64,000 bases of DNA. Source: Macrostomum lignano. Its lineage: Eukaryota. A program made the translations under genes and the position numbers. The notes beneath the pieces are model-generated. The model was given only the letters and a program-made list of their open reading frames with translations, was not told where the DNA came from and did no database searches. Positions 1 through 13,571 of the stretch are shown here, one piece after another. The DNA is taken from assembly GCA_002269645.1 (NCBI GenBank), contig NIVC01000143.1, positions 620,001 to 684,000 of the forward strand, given 5' to 3'. The stretch's first letter is position 1. The number at the start of each line of letters is the position of its first letter.

Positions 1-796
1 CAAAAAACTGCTCAAAATGCGCGATTTTTTTACTAAAGCCTCCTTAGCGCCGCTCCACTTCTACCGATCCTCTTCAAATTTAACACAATTGATCTTCAAC
101 TATTTTGGCACAATCGTGTAAAATTTCGAGTCGGAAAGTTAATCCTGAAAGGCGCTGTGCACTTTTAAAGTTAGGCTGTTTTTTTCAGCGAGGCAGCCAC
201 CCCAACCTCCGCCCGCCTGCCTCTCTTTCCCGATCTGGGCCCAGATGTGTAAAAGGGTTTCAAAATTGACTAACTTTCAGCTGCCATAAGTTTGCTCCAC
301 GTAAAGCGATTGACTTTAAACTTGACACAATTCTTCATTGACTCATTTTCTATCTAAATGTAAAGTTTCAACTCTGTAACTCAACCGAAAAAGAAACTGT
401 AAGCATGTGAAGTTTGTCTGCTTTTTCTGTTGTTTGTGCCACTCACTCACTCATTCCCCCAGAGCCAGACGAAGGGTCAGGCGATAGGACTAAATGTACA
501 TAGCAAATGTACAGTGTTTTGGAATAACTTTATTTATAGCCTTCTCTGCACCCCGAGAGTGGAGAGGCTACGTTTAGCCATAACAGTTTAGTGAGAAACT
601 CTAACCACTGTCCTCTGTATTGGCAAACTCTGCAGCAGTTTAACAGTGGATGGCAATTGGCAAATCGAGGGAATCCAGCATGATTTGTAAAAGCGAAAGA
701 TTTATGAAAAGGCGATGCAATGCAATACAACCCTACTAAATTAGTCACACCATAGAAATTTTAGGTTTCTCTTAAAAAGTACTTTAAATTTTAAAT

Positions 797-1010
797 GTCC
801 TCCTAAGAAATGCTTATTTCCTTGGTTGTTAGACTGATGCAGACTGCAGTGGAACTGAAAATACACAAATTCCTTTCAGGACTTCAAATTGGCAAGAAAA
901 ATGACGTGATCAAAGCATGAGAACAGCCATGAGTGTACTACGTCCCACAAACTGCATGGCTTTCCAAGCAGGAATGGGCAGACTTTCACTTCAAAAGCCA
1001 GATAAAGAAT
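797..1010 (+). repeat. Dispersed repeat segment A, direct copy at about 61861-62070
   Basis: Hand alignment: tatttccttggttgttagactgatgcagactgca vs tatttccttagttgttagactgatatagactgca; ggctttccaagcagg...aaaagccagataaa vs ggctttccaagtagg...aaaggccagataaa. Both copies are followed by GA-rich sequence. Confidence 0.8.
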
Positions 1011-1040
1011 CCAGCTTATGTGCGGGCTAGATGAGAGTGG

Positions 1041-2040
<1,000 letters not shown>

Positions 2041-3723
2041 AGACGATAGAAATTTTAAAGGATCCAAGGGACATAGGGAGAGTCAGGGAGAGGCCAGAGT
2101 TTGCCAATACATGTTTTAGAGTCAGACAGACATTGCCTGGCATTCTGTGGAGTACCCCAGCATTCCAGCAAACAATATCAACGTTTGCCTCAAACCCTAA
2201 TTTTACACGAATGTGCTCCATTTTATGTCTACCTCTATCCTACTAACTATTAATTTGTTTGTGTATGGGGTATGGCCTTAGATTTCAGAATACATGCAAA
2301 AGTAGTTCCGGGGATTGGAATTCCCCGGGTTCAAAATCCGCGGGTTTCAACAGCTTGTTTATTTTATAAACGCGATTTTTTTATGATCATCTTTTGATCC
2401 GATCCGACCGACAGTAGTTGTACGGCAAGGATATAGTTATTTATTATCAAGTTTGGAACTTTTGCACACGCTAATTTCCGTCATTTTAGGACAACAAAAT
2501 GTGTATAAAAATGGTTTATTGGGCCAAGACTGAGAAAACATAAGTAAAAGTCACGAAGTCAGATTAAAAAGCAGAATCTGATAGGTCTGAATTCGATTAT
2601 TTGGTCTTGAACTCTGCAAAAGGAAACTGCTAAATCCTATATACTAAGAATATCTGTCTGTTAAGAAAAAATATATGGAAGCCACACTACCATCAAATGA
2701 AGCAAATTTTCGAGCGATCATGCAAAATGTTAGAATGATTAAATAATCTTTGACAATTACATTCACCTCATTTTTTATGCTGTCAATTTGTAATTTTTAC
2801 AAGTAGGTCTAATTTCAGGCATTCACACTGCATTCAACTGTCTGAGTCCGATGAAAATGACTGGGCTTCAGCTTAGAGGAGGGTGATACAAGAGTTCCAA
2901 ATTGATTGCATAGCCACGGACCATATTGTTGTGTTGCACATGTTTCTTGCTGGGTCTAATAAATCAAACTTTTTTATTCAGTAGAGTTGAAAAACTACAA
3001 GCATTTTGTGTATTAGGTTATTACTCATTAATAGTGTATAGTCTATATCAGAATACAAAGGCTAGTACTCTTATTGATTGGTGTAACTAGTGCAAAGCAA
3101 GCTAGCAATAAATCTAACTTTAGTTTATTGTAGGCTTAGGCTACTAGTAGTAAACTTAAAAATTTGTTGAGGGGGAAGATTCTTAGATAGTAAAGACCTA
3201 GGGAAAGGGTGGAAGGGTCACAGGTGGCTTTGTTTTTGGCAAAAAATTGCTTGGTCTTACCTTTGTTCTTTTTTAGACCTTTGCGGCTTTGCCTAGGCCC
3301 TAAGAAGAAAAGAAACTAGGATTTTGAAATAGGGCTTTTTATACAATCTTTAATAAGATTAGGCCTAAGAATAGCTAGGCCTAAGCCTAATGATCTTTAA
3401 AATAATTTTCAATTAATCAAATATATATTAAATTTGACTAGGAGCCTAAGGCCTATATCTGTATAAGGTACCAATGTGGTTTTATTTTCAAAATCATTTT
3501 TCATTTGAATTTTTATTAATACTGATAAGTTATAATGCTAATACATATAGTACTAGTATAGCTATAAGCTATGTCATTACTATATATCCAAAAATTACTA
3601 GAGATTACTAGATATTAGGCCTAACCTAGGCCAACTCAGAGTTGGATAATGCTTATTATTTACTGAGTTGCTTACTATAGCTTAGACAGTTGCTTATTAT
3701 TTATAGTATTAGGGTACAGACTT

Positions 3724-4738
3724 TTGCAACCTCCAAAATTCGGTTGACCATGTGACTTAGTTTTAACAAAAAATGTGACTTACATATAAAAAGAGCTCTA
3801 AAGCAAAATTAATGCAACTTTGGATAAATAGCAGGAATAACTATGACCGAGGTTTTTTTTCGCCAGAGACAATGTGCAAAATCGCACCTTGTGCCAAATT
3901 TCAAGGTGCAATTTTAAGGCTCAGAGTGCAATTTCTCTTGAGTCTTGTTTCAGACAACTGGGAATGTATATTTTAATATCTTACATAAGACTATAGCCAT
4001 AGGCTATATCGCCTATATGACTTAATAGGATTTAAAGAGTTATTTTGTTTCATATTTTAAGGCAGTGCATGAAAAATAGCTTAAGCATAGTTAAGCCTTT
4101 AAAGAAAAATGGTTATAAGACTGCACTTAAACTGCACCTACTTTTTTAATTTCAGGGTGCAATTTTAAAATTTATTAAGGCCCTACATATATGTTAGGCT
4201 AGAGATAAAAAGAAGACAATAATGATGCACAAGTGAAACATAGCTAACCATATTGCAATTGCACCTAGTTGTTCTTTAATTACCCTATGCAAGTAGGCAG
4301 ACTTAGGCCAATGGCCAACTATTCAAATTGACAAAAGCAAGTTTTTTCATAGTAAATACTAGCAAAATACTCAGGAAAATCATTGGGTCCTTTAACAAAA
4401 TAAAATAGTACTATTAGTTCTACTAGTATAGTGTTTACTACATTTTTAAAATAGTAAAATAGGGAACTAACAAGTATGATAGATAATCAAGGTGCCTAAT
4501 AGGTTTACTAGGCAATCTAGTTTATTGCATTAAACTAGTTTTCAGTTTTTTACACAGAGATGATTGGAACCAATGGAATATGAGCATGCATGTGCAACCT
4601 CCAAAATTTGGTCAGCCGTGCAACTTAGTTTTAACAAAAATGTGATGTAGTTTTTGGCCAAAAATGCAACTTACATATAAAAAACCCTAAAGCAAAATTA
4701 ATGCAACTTTGGATAAATGGTAAGAGTAACTATGACTG
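3724..4738 (+). repeat. Pair of direct repeats of about 130 bp (3724-3850 and 4594-4738)
   Basis: gcaacctccaaaatt.ggt...acttagttttaacaaaaa.tgtga...acttacatataaaaa...ctaaagcaaaattaatgcaactttggataaat...taactatgac occurs in both places. Confidence 0.85.
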
Positions 4739-6414
4739 TCTTATTAAGCCAAAATGCCTCATCAGCTACTTAGTACTACTACTTAAGTATCTGTTTGGGT
4801 GGGAATTTTTGCGACTTCCTTGGTTGGCCACCAAATCGGTGGGCCAGATCGGCCAACTTGACTAACTGTTGCACATGTATGAATATGAGTAGTAGGTATA
4901 TTATAAATATTAGACAAAGGTCAAATCTTGTCTCATCTCATCACTGTAGCTGTATGGCTAGAGTCTTAGGACATTGTTCATAGACCCAAAAATTCCTCAG
5001 AGCCCATGTGTCTAAGTCCAACTAATAAATAGTCAATATCTTGTTGGCTATCATCAGTGAAAGCTTCTATAAGTTAATAACAATGTCAAAGGCAGACAAA
5101 GGGCTTTGCAGTTAGCCTAAGGTTGGCTTTAAAGGCAATTATGATTAGTGCTCTGGGCATTCTAGCAATTGCAAAGTTGATAAATTGGTTTAAAAGTTTG
5201 AAAAAAACGCAAAAATAATTTAATATATAGCAAACTAAGAGATTGTCAGTCTACTAACACTGTTATTTATCATCTAGCACCATATCTTGCACAAGGTACC
5301 AGAATCTCATGGATAGTTAGTAATCTTAAAACCAACTTGCTAATCATAAGTTTGTAACTCATTGTCTTGATTTTGTTGACCCAAATGACCTAACCTACGA
5401 GTATATAAGTTACTTAGTTAAAGTTTTACAAAGTTACAAAGTTACAGTAGACAAAGCCAAAGTTACTTAGTTACAGTAGACAAAGCATAAATACCATTTA
5501 AGGCATATGAGCACATTGTAAGCCAAGTTCTAGTGTCTTAAAAGGATTTCAAGTGAGAACTTTGAGTTCTTTATTTAGGAGTTCATATGGTGGCATGTGC
5601 ATGGAAATCCAGAAGCAGCATTTGCCAATATACCATATTAGATTATATTAGATCTATCATTATTACTAGTATTCATTGATCCATAACTACTAGTTATACT
5701 ATTGAACTTTTTTTCTAGTTTATTGTTACATTTACTGTTATAGTTAAACAAGCCAACAAATGTTTTCAATGTTAAAGCTTAGCTTATAGCTTAGTATATA
5801 GCTTAGCTCAAAGTTTAGCTAAATCCAAATGAAAAATGAAAAAGCCCAAAAAACAATTGCATTAGCCTAGTGCCCTTTATAAATGTAGACTATGTTTATA
5901 TGATTCCTTTAACAAAAATTTAGTATATTCTATAATAATGGGAAGATATCAAAAGTGAGGGGAAGTGCATGTATGTCTATACAAATATATACTTAGCACT
6001 ATTAAAAAAAATGACTATTTTGAAAAAAAGATCTGAGAAAACTGATTGGGGTAGCTTCTATCCAGCCCTTGCACACCACTCCCCCACTTTATTCCTTAAC
6101 TCAAGTCTGGTGTAGTGTAGTTAAATTGCATCACTGGCAAGATTGAAAGACTTTACCTGCACTGTTAAAAGTGGCGACCACAGATGGAATCTTCTGTGAT
6201 ATTCGATGTTGCTGAGTATACATGGAAAAAGCGAGCATGATGCAAAGTGTGCATTAAATATGACTTAATATCTTTAAAAAGCATAGCCTATATATTAGGT
6301 ATTGAAGTTGTAATGTTGATTGGGACTGCTAAAACTTGTTTTCAGTGGAGCTGAAAGAAAAATTCAACAACAATCTAAATAGACCTGTAAGTAGCAGTCA
6401 GCAGAAGTGCTTCA

Positions 6415-9400
6415 ATGTCTACTGAGGCTGAACCAGCGGCTGATGGCAACAATTCAGCTCAGGCCACGGACAAACCTGTCAAGCAGGCATCAACAACGGA
6501 TGCCAGTGCGCCTAAGAAAGGCAGCAATTACAGCGGGGATAATAACAGTGAGGCTGTGAACTCCAATGACAATGAGGCTACTGCTACAGAAAAAGAATCA
6601 ATAGTTGCCAAACTGAACTCAGACAGAGGCATCTCAGCCGAGCTAGCTAATTTTTTAGCCGAGTTAGTTGTCTCGCCGAATAAAATCTTCTCGCTAGACG
6701 ACTTCGACGAACGAGCGACTAACGCCGTGAAAGATTTGGACGCTGAATTTCTTCGCTCAGTAGTTGACGAACTGCTGGTTAAGGATTATACCAATATCAG
6801 TAACAAGTCTGCCTGTCTGTGCGGTCTTGTGAAACAGATGAAGCTGAAGAGGCAACAGCAGCAGCTGGGCGATCCCGCTGATGCTGATCGACGTGGTTCC
6901 GCCGCCTCCAGTGGCGCTCCGTCGACGTCCGGCGCTTCGGCAACCGGAGCAGCTGCTGGTGCGGCGGCTGCATCAGGTGCCACCCTGTCCAAACTGGGGC
7001 CTGATGAAGCTAAACTGAAGGAGCTGCTAGCCGAAATTAAATTCTGCCACGAGGTATGCTGCTAGTGTTTTAAGTTGGACTTTGAGTGGCATTACTGCCC
7101 ATTCCGCCGACTCCCCTGAGCAGGCACACAAGCGAGCGGATACTTACTCAGTCATACGCACAGGCACACACTCACACAGGAGTGTACAGCTTCCTTAACT
7201 TTATTTATCGCTAGGCATGTACACTTCACTGTGCCTTGGGGGTTGGGCCTCAAGGGCGTTAATTGCACGAGCAGAGCCAAAGCCGAGATTCTAATTTAGC
7301 CTCAAATTAATGCGACTGCACTGGTAATCTGAGGGCTGCGCTACACCACTAGGATACGCCCCCATGATACTAGTGTTAGTAGTGTATATCAACAAATATA
7401 AGCGGCGCTTCATCACTCGCAGGTGACGGTTGGCCAACGCCGCCTCGGGCCACCAATCGGAGCCGAGGAGCTCAAGGACAGCTCCCAGTGCGAGATATTC
7501 GTTGGCAAACTGCCAAAAGACATGTACGAGGATCGGATCTATCAGATGTTCAGACCAGTTGGTCCGATTTACGACATCCGGGTGATGGTTGACCCTCCTA
7601 CTGGCATGGGCCGGGGGTTCTGCTTCGTGTGCTACACCAGCAAGCAGGACGCCTCAAAGGCGGTCGAAAAGTTTCACGAATACGAAATTAAACCGCAGAG
7701 ACGGTTACAGGTTTGTTAATTAATCAGTACATTGTGTCCTTTCTTGTTAGCTGGCTCACTCTGTCACTCACACTGTCACTCCTGCTGTCATACTGTCTCA
7801 CCCCTGTCTCTGTCTCCCTCTGTCACTCCTGCTGTCTCACCCTGTCACTCTCATTGTCTCACTCTGTCACTACTGCTGTCTCACCCTGTCACTCTCATTG
7901 TCTCACTCTGTCACTACTGCTGTCTCACCCTGTCACTCTCATTGTCTCACTCTGTCACTACTGCTGTCTCACCCTGTCACTCTCACTGTCTCACTCTGTC
8001 ACGCTCACTGTCACCCTGCCACGCTCACTGTCTCACCCCGTCACTGTCTCACTCTGTCACTCTCACTGTCTCACTCTGTAACACCTGCAGTCTTTCTTTC
8101 ACTCTCGCTGTCTCGTTTCACTCTGTCACCAATTCCTCTCCGCACCTGTCACCCCCAGGTGAACCTGGCCACCCCGAACCTCCGCCTATTCGTTGGCAAC
8201 ATACCGAAAACCCTGGACCGAGCAAAACTCATGGACGATTTCTCCCGCGTCCTTGACGGAGTTGTGGACGTGATTGTCTATGGCTCAGCTGACGATCCCC
8301 GGAAGAAGAACCGAGGCTTTTGTTTCTTAGAATTCGACAAGCACAGTTCGGCTAGCGCAGCCCGTCGCAAGCTGATGAAATATCCCCGGGTCTGGTCGTC
8401 CGATGTCTGGGTGGACTGGGCTGACCCACTGGACGAGCCCGATCCGGACGTCATGGCCAAGGTTCGGGTGCTGTACGTGAAGAGCCTCACCATGGATGTG
8501 ACTGAGGATAAGCTGCAGGAGGTATGCGATTTTCAACTGGGATTGGGTTCTTGGAGTTAGGATTTGAATTCTTGGAATTGCGTTTTGGTTTCTTAAAATT
8601 GGGGATTTGGATTCTTAGAATTGGGGATTTGGACTCCTAGAATTGGGGATTTGGATTCTTAGAATTGGGGATTTGGATTCTTAAAATTGGGGATTTGAAT
8701 TCTTAGAATTGGGGATTTGGATTCTTAGAATTGTGGATTTGGATTCTTAGAATTGGGGATTTGGATTCTTAGAATTTAGGTTTCTAGGAATTAGGGATTT
8801 GAATTCTTAGAATTAAGGTTTCTAGGAATTAGGGATTTTGGATTCTTAGAATTTAGGTTTCTAGGAATTGGGGATTTGGATTATTAGAATTAAGGTTTCT
8901 AGGAATTAGGGATTTGAATTCTTAGAATTTAGGTTTCTAGGAATTAGGGATTTTCGTTTCTTACAGTTGATTATGTGCGTTTTCTAGAATCGGGGTTTTG
9001 TAATTTTGTAATTTGTAATCTTGGATTTTTTATTCGTCATTTTTGGGATTTCGTAAATTGATTATTGAATTAGGGACATCAGGCTAACCTTATTAACTTA
9101 AGCTAAAAACCTGATTTCATCTCCGCAGGCATTCTCAGTCTACGGCCCCCTTGAACGCGTCAAGAAAGTCAAAGACTACGGCTTTGTGCACTTCGAAGAA
9201 CGCGAAGACGCCCTGAGGGCCATGGAGAAGCTGGACGGCACCAGCATTGGCAATAGCGGCCCGCTCAGCGTCACCCTGGCCAAGCCCGTGTCCGAGCGAG
9301 CCAAGCAGCGCAAGGAGGAACGGCGGATGCGAAACACCGGCATGCCGCCAATGCCACCGCCTGCGGCTGCCGCCTACCCGCACCATCATCCTCAGGCTGC

Positions 9401-10661
9401 CTACCAGCCAGGGTTCTATTCCCAACACCAGTCCCAGCACCATCCCGGATATCATGTGAGACATTTGTTTGTTGTCCGCTCTTGTTCACGATCCCCATTC
9501 AGCTATTCACAATCCTTTCAGCTATTCACAATCCTTTCAGCTATTCACGATCCCTATTCAGCTATTCACGATCCCTACTCAGCCGTTCACAATCCCTTTT
9601 CAGCCGTTCACAATCCTTTTTCAGCCGTTCACAATCCCAATTCAGCCGTTAAAAGTCCCCATTCAGTTATTCACGATCCTTTTCAGTTATTCACGATCCT
9701 TTTCAGCTATTCACGATCCTTTTCAGCTATTCACGATCCTTTTCAGTTATTCACGATCCTTTTCAGCTATTCGCAATCACTGTTCAGTTATTCACGATCC
9801 TTTTCAGCTATTCGCAATCACTGTTCAGTTATTCACGATCCTTTTCAGCTATTCACGATCCTCTTTTAGCCATTCACAATTCCCCATTCAGCCGTTCACG
9901 ATTTCATTCAGCCAATCACAATCCTCATTTAGTTATTCACGATCCCCATTCAGCCATTCACGATCCTCATTTAGCCATTCTCAATTCCCAATCAGCCGTT
10001 TGCGATTTACATTAAGTCATTCACAGTCCTTATTCGGCTATTCACGATCCCTATTCAACCATTCGCGATTTACATTCGCCATTCACAATCCCCATTCACC
10101 AATGCTCTTCTGTCTTCACAGGGCATCCCGCCAGCGCCAGCTGGCGCTCCGTGGGCCGCAGGCGGAGGCTACGGGCCCAGCTCCAACGCCCACCATCAGG
10201 AGCAGCAGCAACAGGCCTACGCTCCCACCGGCACACCCGGTGATCAGAGCACCTGGTCTGTACCTGGTGACCAGCAGCTGTACTATCAGCATCTGCCAGC
10301 CATGCCTTATCAGCCTCCCTATCCTCATCAGCTGGCTTCCCCTCCGCCACCGCCGCCGCCTCCGTTCCAGCAGCAGCAACAACAGGCGCAGCCTCCTCAG
10401 ATGATGCAGCATCCAGCTCCTACTGGCAGGCTTCAGCGAGGTGGTCGAGCCTATCCGCAAAGCCAGCTGCCTCTGCAGCAACAGCAGCAGCAGCAGCAGC
10501 AGGCTCCCATGCCCAGTATGAGAGGCCACAGAGGCGGCGGCAGACCACCTTACGGTCGGAACGGCGGTCGCGGTGGCCTAGGTTCGAACTCGCGACCTCC
10601 TGCTCCTCTTCCTCAGCAGCAGCAGCAGCAGCAGCAGCCGCCTCCTTACCAGAATTCTTAA
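6415..10661 (+). CDS. SYNCRIP: hnRNP Q/R (SYNCRIP-like) RNA-binding protein, about 718 aa; join(6415..7053,7423..7710,8159..8521,9129..9455,10122..10661)
   Basis: N-terminal acidic domain (DFDERATNAVKD...NKSACLCGLVK), linker GPDEAKLKELL...VTVGQRRLGPP, three RRMs (IFVGKLP/RGFCFV, LFVGNIP/NRGFCFLEF, VLYVKSL/KDYGFVHF), WADP..EPDPDVMAKV signature and a Q/P/RGG tail. All four introns are GT-AG, phase 0, and the frame is continuous. Confidence 0.96.
7740..8125. repeat. Intronic minisatellite in hnRNP intron 2 (CTGTCACT-based, 44-bp higher-order unit)
   Basis: cctgtcactctcattgtctcactctgtcactactgctgtctcac recurs with period 44 (7841, 7885, 7929). Confidence 0.9.
8575..8955. repeat. Intronic minisatellite in hnRNP intron 3 (22-bp unit)
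   Basis: Unit aattggggatttggattcttag; it drifts into a longer variant containing aggtttctagg towards the 3' end. Confidence 0.9.
9485..10095. repeat. Intronic minisatellite in hnRNP intron 4 (20-bp unit)
   Basis: Unit tttcag(c/t)tattcacgatcct. Confidence 0.92.
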
Positions 10662-12084
10662 TGCCACGTTTGCAGTTTAAACTGCTAGCTTATATTTGTC
10701 TTAAGTGTTTTCAGTTTTGTTGGTGCTTGCCCCAAATCCCAGATGCTCCATTGTATGCTCAGCCCCCCACCCCACCGTGTCCCAGTGAGTTGTCACCAAG
10801 CCGTGCCTATTGACTCTGTCACAAGCCCTAGCTAATGAACTCCATTTGAAGCCCTATTGCGCGTGACCAATTTTGAGTTTATTGATTTTTACTACAGCTG
10901 ATATATTTCTCTGTTTTTTGGGTAGAAACTAACTGACCACACTACTCAGAGCTCAGCTCCACAGTTTGTTTGTTGTCTTTTTTTGCTTGTTTGTTTTTTT
11001 CTATCTGTCTGTCTCTATGCTTATTTTATCATCTCGTGTTTTTCCTGTGCTCATCTGTGCTCACTTGTGCCAGTAAAAACTGTACAGACTGCGCGTTGAC
11101 ATTAATTAACTAATAAATTAATAAGAGAATTGCAGTGACAACAGGACAGGGTTAACGCACTTGAAATGAGAAGATATTAATGCTCAACCGGTCCTCGACC
11201 TTAGCAGTGCCAGTTGACAATATCATTAGCTTCCTTAATTGTTGACCGGTGTAAATTCCTGTGTTTTCGATACATATCGGCTAAGTAGATCCTATAATGA
11301 TGGCTAATTCTTTCTGATGTCTGTCAATCTTCTACTTGATCCCCTCTTTCTCAAATCCCAATTCTCAAAGTCCATCACTTATGCAACTAGAAATCGCAAG
11401 GTGAAAAAACGTGTGCTGTTTGTTTTTTAAATCGCTGCTAGAAAAACGCTTGTTATGCTACTTGTATCTTCAATAGTAATAGTAGTATAGTAGAACTCAA
11501 AAAATATGAATTTTGCGCTTCAAAATTATTTATTCAGCTTTTTTTCTAAAAGCCCAATTGGCTTTATCTGTTTTGTGTTTTTAAAATTAAAAATAACCTT
11601 TTGTCATTCTAAATAAAAGTTTCCTTTAGAACTGTTGTTTTGTTTTGTTTGTGCGTTAGTCTGCGTTTGCCGTGACTTTTTATATTATTTAGAAAGCTAA
11701 ACAAGAAGTTGTTAATTGTTAAATCAAAAACTTTTCTCTCCGAATTTCCATCTTGTCTACCCTCCCCTATTTCCCGCTTTTTTGCTGTTTGTTCGCGCAC
11801 TTCTCTGCTTTCCACTGCGTGCACTACCGCTTCTGAGCTCCACCTTGGGCCGATAGCCACTTTTGGACCCGACAATGTCAGTTCATCCTGACTCGAACCC
11901 CGGCACCCCACTGCTCTCTGCCTCTCTGTCTCTTGTTGATCTTGAACCTGGTTTCCTAATTTATCTGTAATAAGTATTTATAATATACCTATACATATTT
12001 ATATAATATGAATTGTGCTTCTGCCAGACTGCTTCAAAATTTTTTATGTGCAAAACACTGCTTTTTTATTTTCCATTTCCATTC

Positions 12085-13390
12085 CCAGATCCTCAGTTCC
12101 TGGGCCAGCCTCCCAGATCCTCAGTTCCTGGGCCAGCCTCCCAGATCCTCAGTTCCTGGGCCAGCCTCCCAGATCCTCAGTTCCTGGGCCAGCCTCCCAG
12201 ATCCTCAGTTGCTGGGTCAGCCTCCCAGATCCTCAGTTGCTGGACCAGCCTCCCAGATCCTCAGTTGCTGGGCCAGCCTCCCAGATCCTCAGTTGCTGGA
12301 CCAGCCTTTCAGATCCTCATCAGTTGCTAGGCCAGCCTCCCAGATCCTCAGTTGCTGGGCCAGCCTCCCAGATTTTCAGTTGCTGGGCCAGCCTCCCAGA
12401 TCCTCAGTTGCTGGGTCAGCCTCCCAGATCCTCAGTTGCTGGACCAGCCTTTCAGATCCTCATCAGTTGCTAGGCCAGCCTCCCAGATCCTCAGTTGCTG
12501 GGCCAGCCTCCCAGATCCTCATCAGTTGCTAGGCCAGCCTCCCAGATCCTCAGTTGCTTGGCCAGTCTCCCAGATTCTCAGTTGCTGGGCCAGCCTCCCA
12601 GATTCTCAGTTGCTGGGCCAGCCTTTCAGATCCTCATCAGTTGCTAGGCCAGCCTTCCAGATCCTCAGTTGCTGGGCCAGCCTCCTAGATCCTCAGTTGC
12701 TGGACCAGCCTTTCAGATCCTCATCAGTTGCTAGGCCAGCCTCTCAGATCCTCAGTTGCCTGGCCAGCCTCCCAGATCCTCATCAGTTGCTGGGCCAGCC
12801 TCCCAGATCCTCAGTTGCGGGACCAGCCTCCCAGATCCTCAGTTGTTGGGTCAGCCTCCCAGATCCTCAGTTGGTTGGCCAGCCTCCCAGATCCTCAGTT
12901 GCTAGGCCAGCCTCCCAGATCCTCAGTTGCTGGGCCACAGCCTCCCAGATCCTCATCAGTTGCCTGGCCAGCCTCCCAGATCCTCATCAGTTGCCTGGCC
13001 AGCCTCCCAGATCCTCATCAGTTGCCTGGCCAGCCTCCCAGATCCTCATCAGTTGCCTGGCCAGCCTCCCAGATCCTCATCAGTTGCCTGGCCAGCCTCC
13101 CAGATCCTCATCAGTTGCCTGGCCAGCCTCCCAGATCCTCATCAGTTGCCTGGCCAGCCTCCCAGATCCTCATCAGTTGCTTGGCCAGCCTCCCAGATCT
13201 TCATCAGTTGCCTGGCCAGCCTCCCAGATCCTCATCAGTTGCCTGGCCAGCCTCCCAGATCCTCATCAGTTGCCTGGCCAGCCTCCCAGATCCTCATCAG
13301 TTGCCTGGCCAGCCTCCCAGATCCTCATCAGTTGCCTGGCCAGCCTCCCAGATCCTCATCAGTTGCCTGGCCAGCCTCCCAGATCCTCAG
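12085..13390. repeat. Intergenic minisatellite, 28-bp unit changing to a 31-bp unit
   Basis: cccagatcctcagttgctgggccagcct at the left; cccagatcctcatcagttgcctggccagcct from about 12940. Confidence 0.97.
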
Positions 13391-13571
13391 TAGCTATGCT
13401 GCCCTCCCAGTTTCATAATTTTGGCATCGTAAAATTGATCAATAGAAAGCAAATAGCAAACAGATAGAAGTCAACTTGCACTACTCGTCAGTAGTGCTAC
13501 GCAATGTTCTCAACGCAAGCAACAATGAAACAAAGTTGCTTTATAGTCGCGCAAAGCACAATCTCAGCCCC

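Noticed and set aside
11860-11935. GGTTCGAGTC B-box on the minus strand
   Set aside because: No A box or cloverleaf upstream.
12008-13467. Overlapping long ORFs (PDPQLLGQPPRSS repeats)
   Set aside because: Products of a 28/31-bp minisatellite that switch frames; no splice or codon support.
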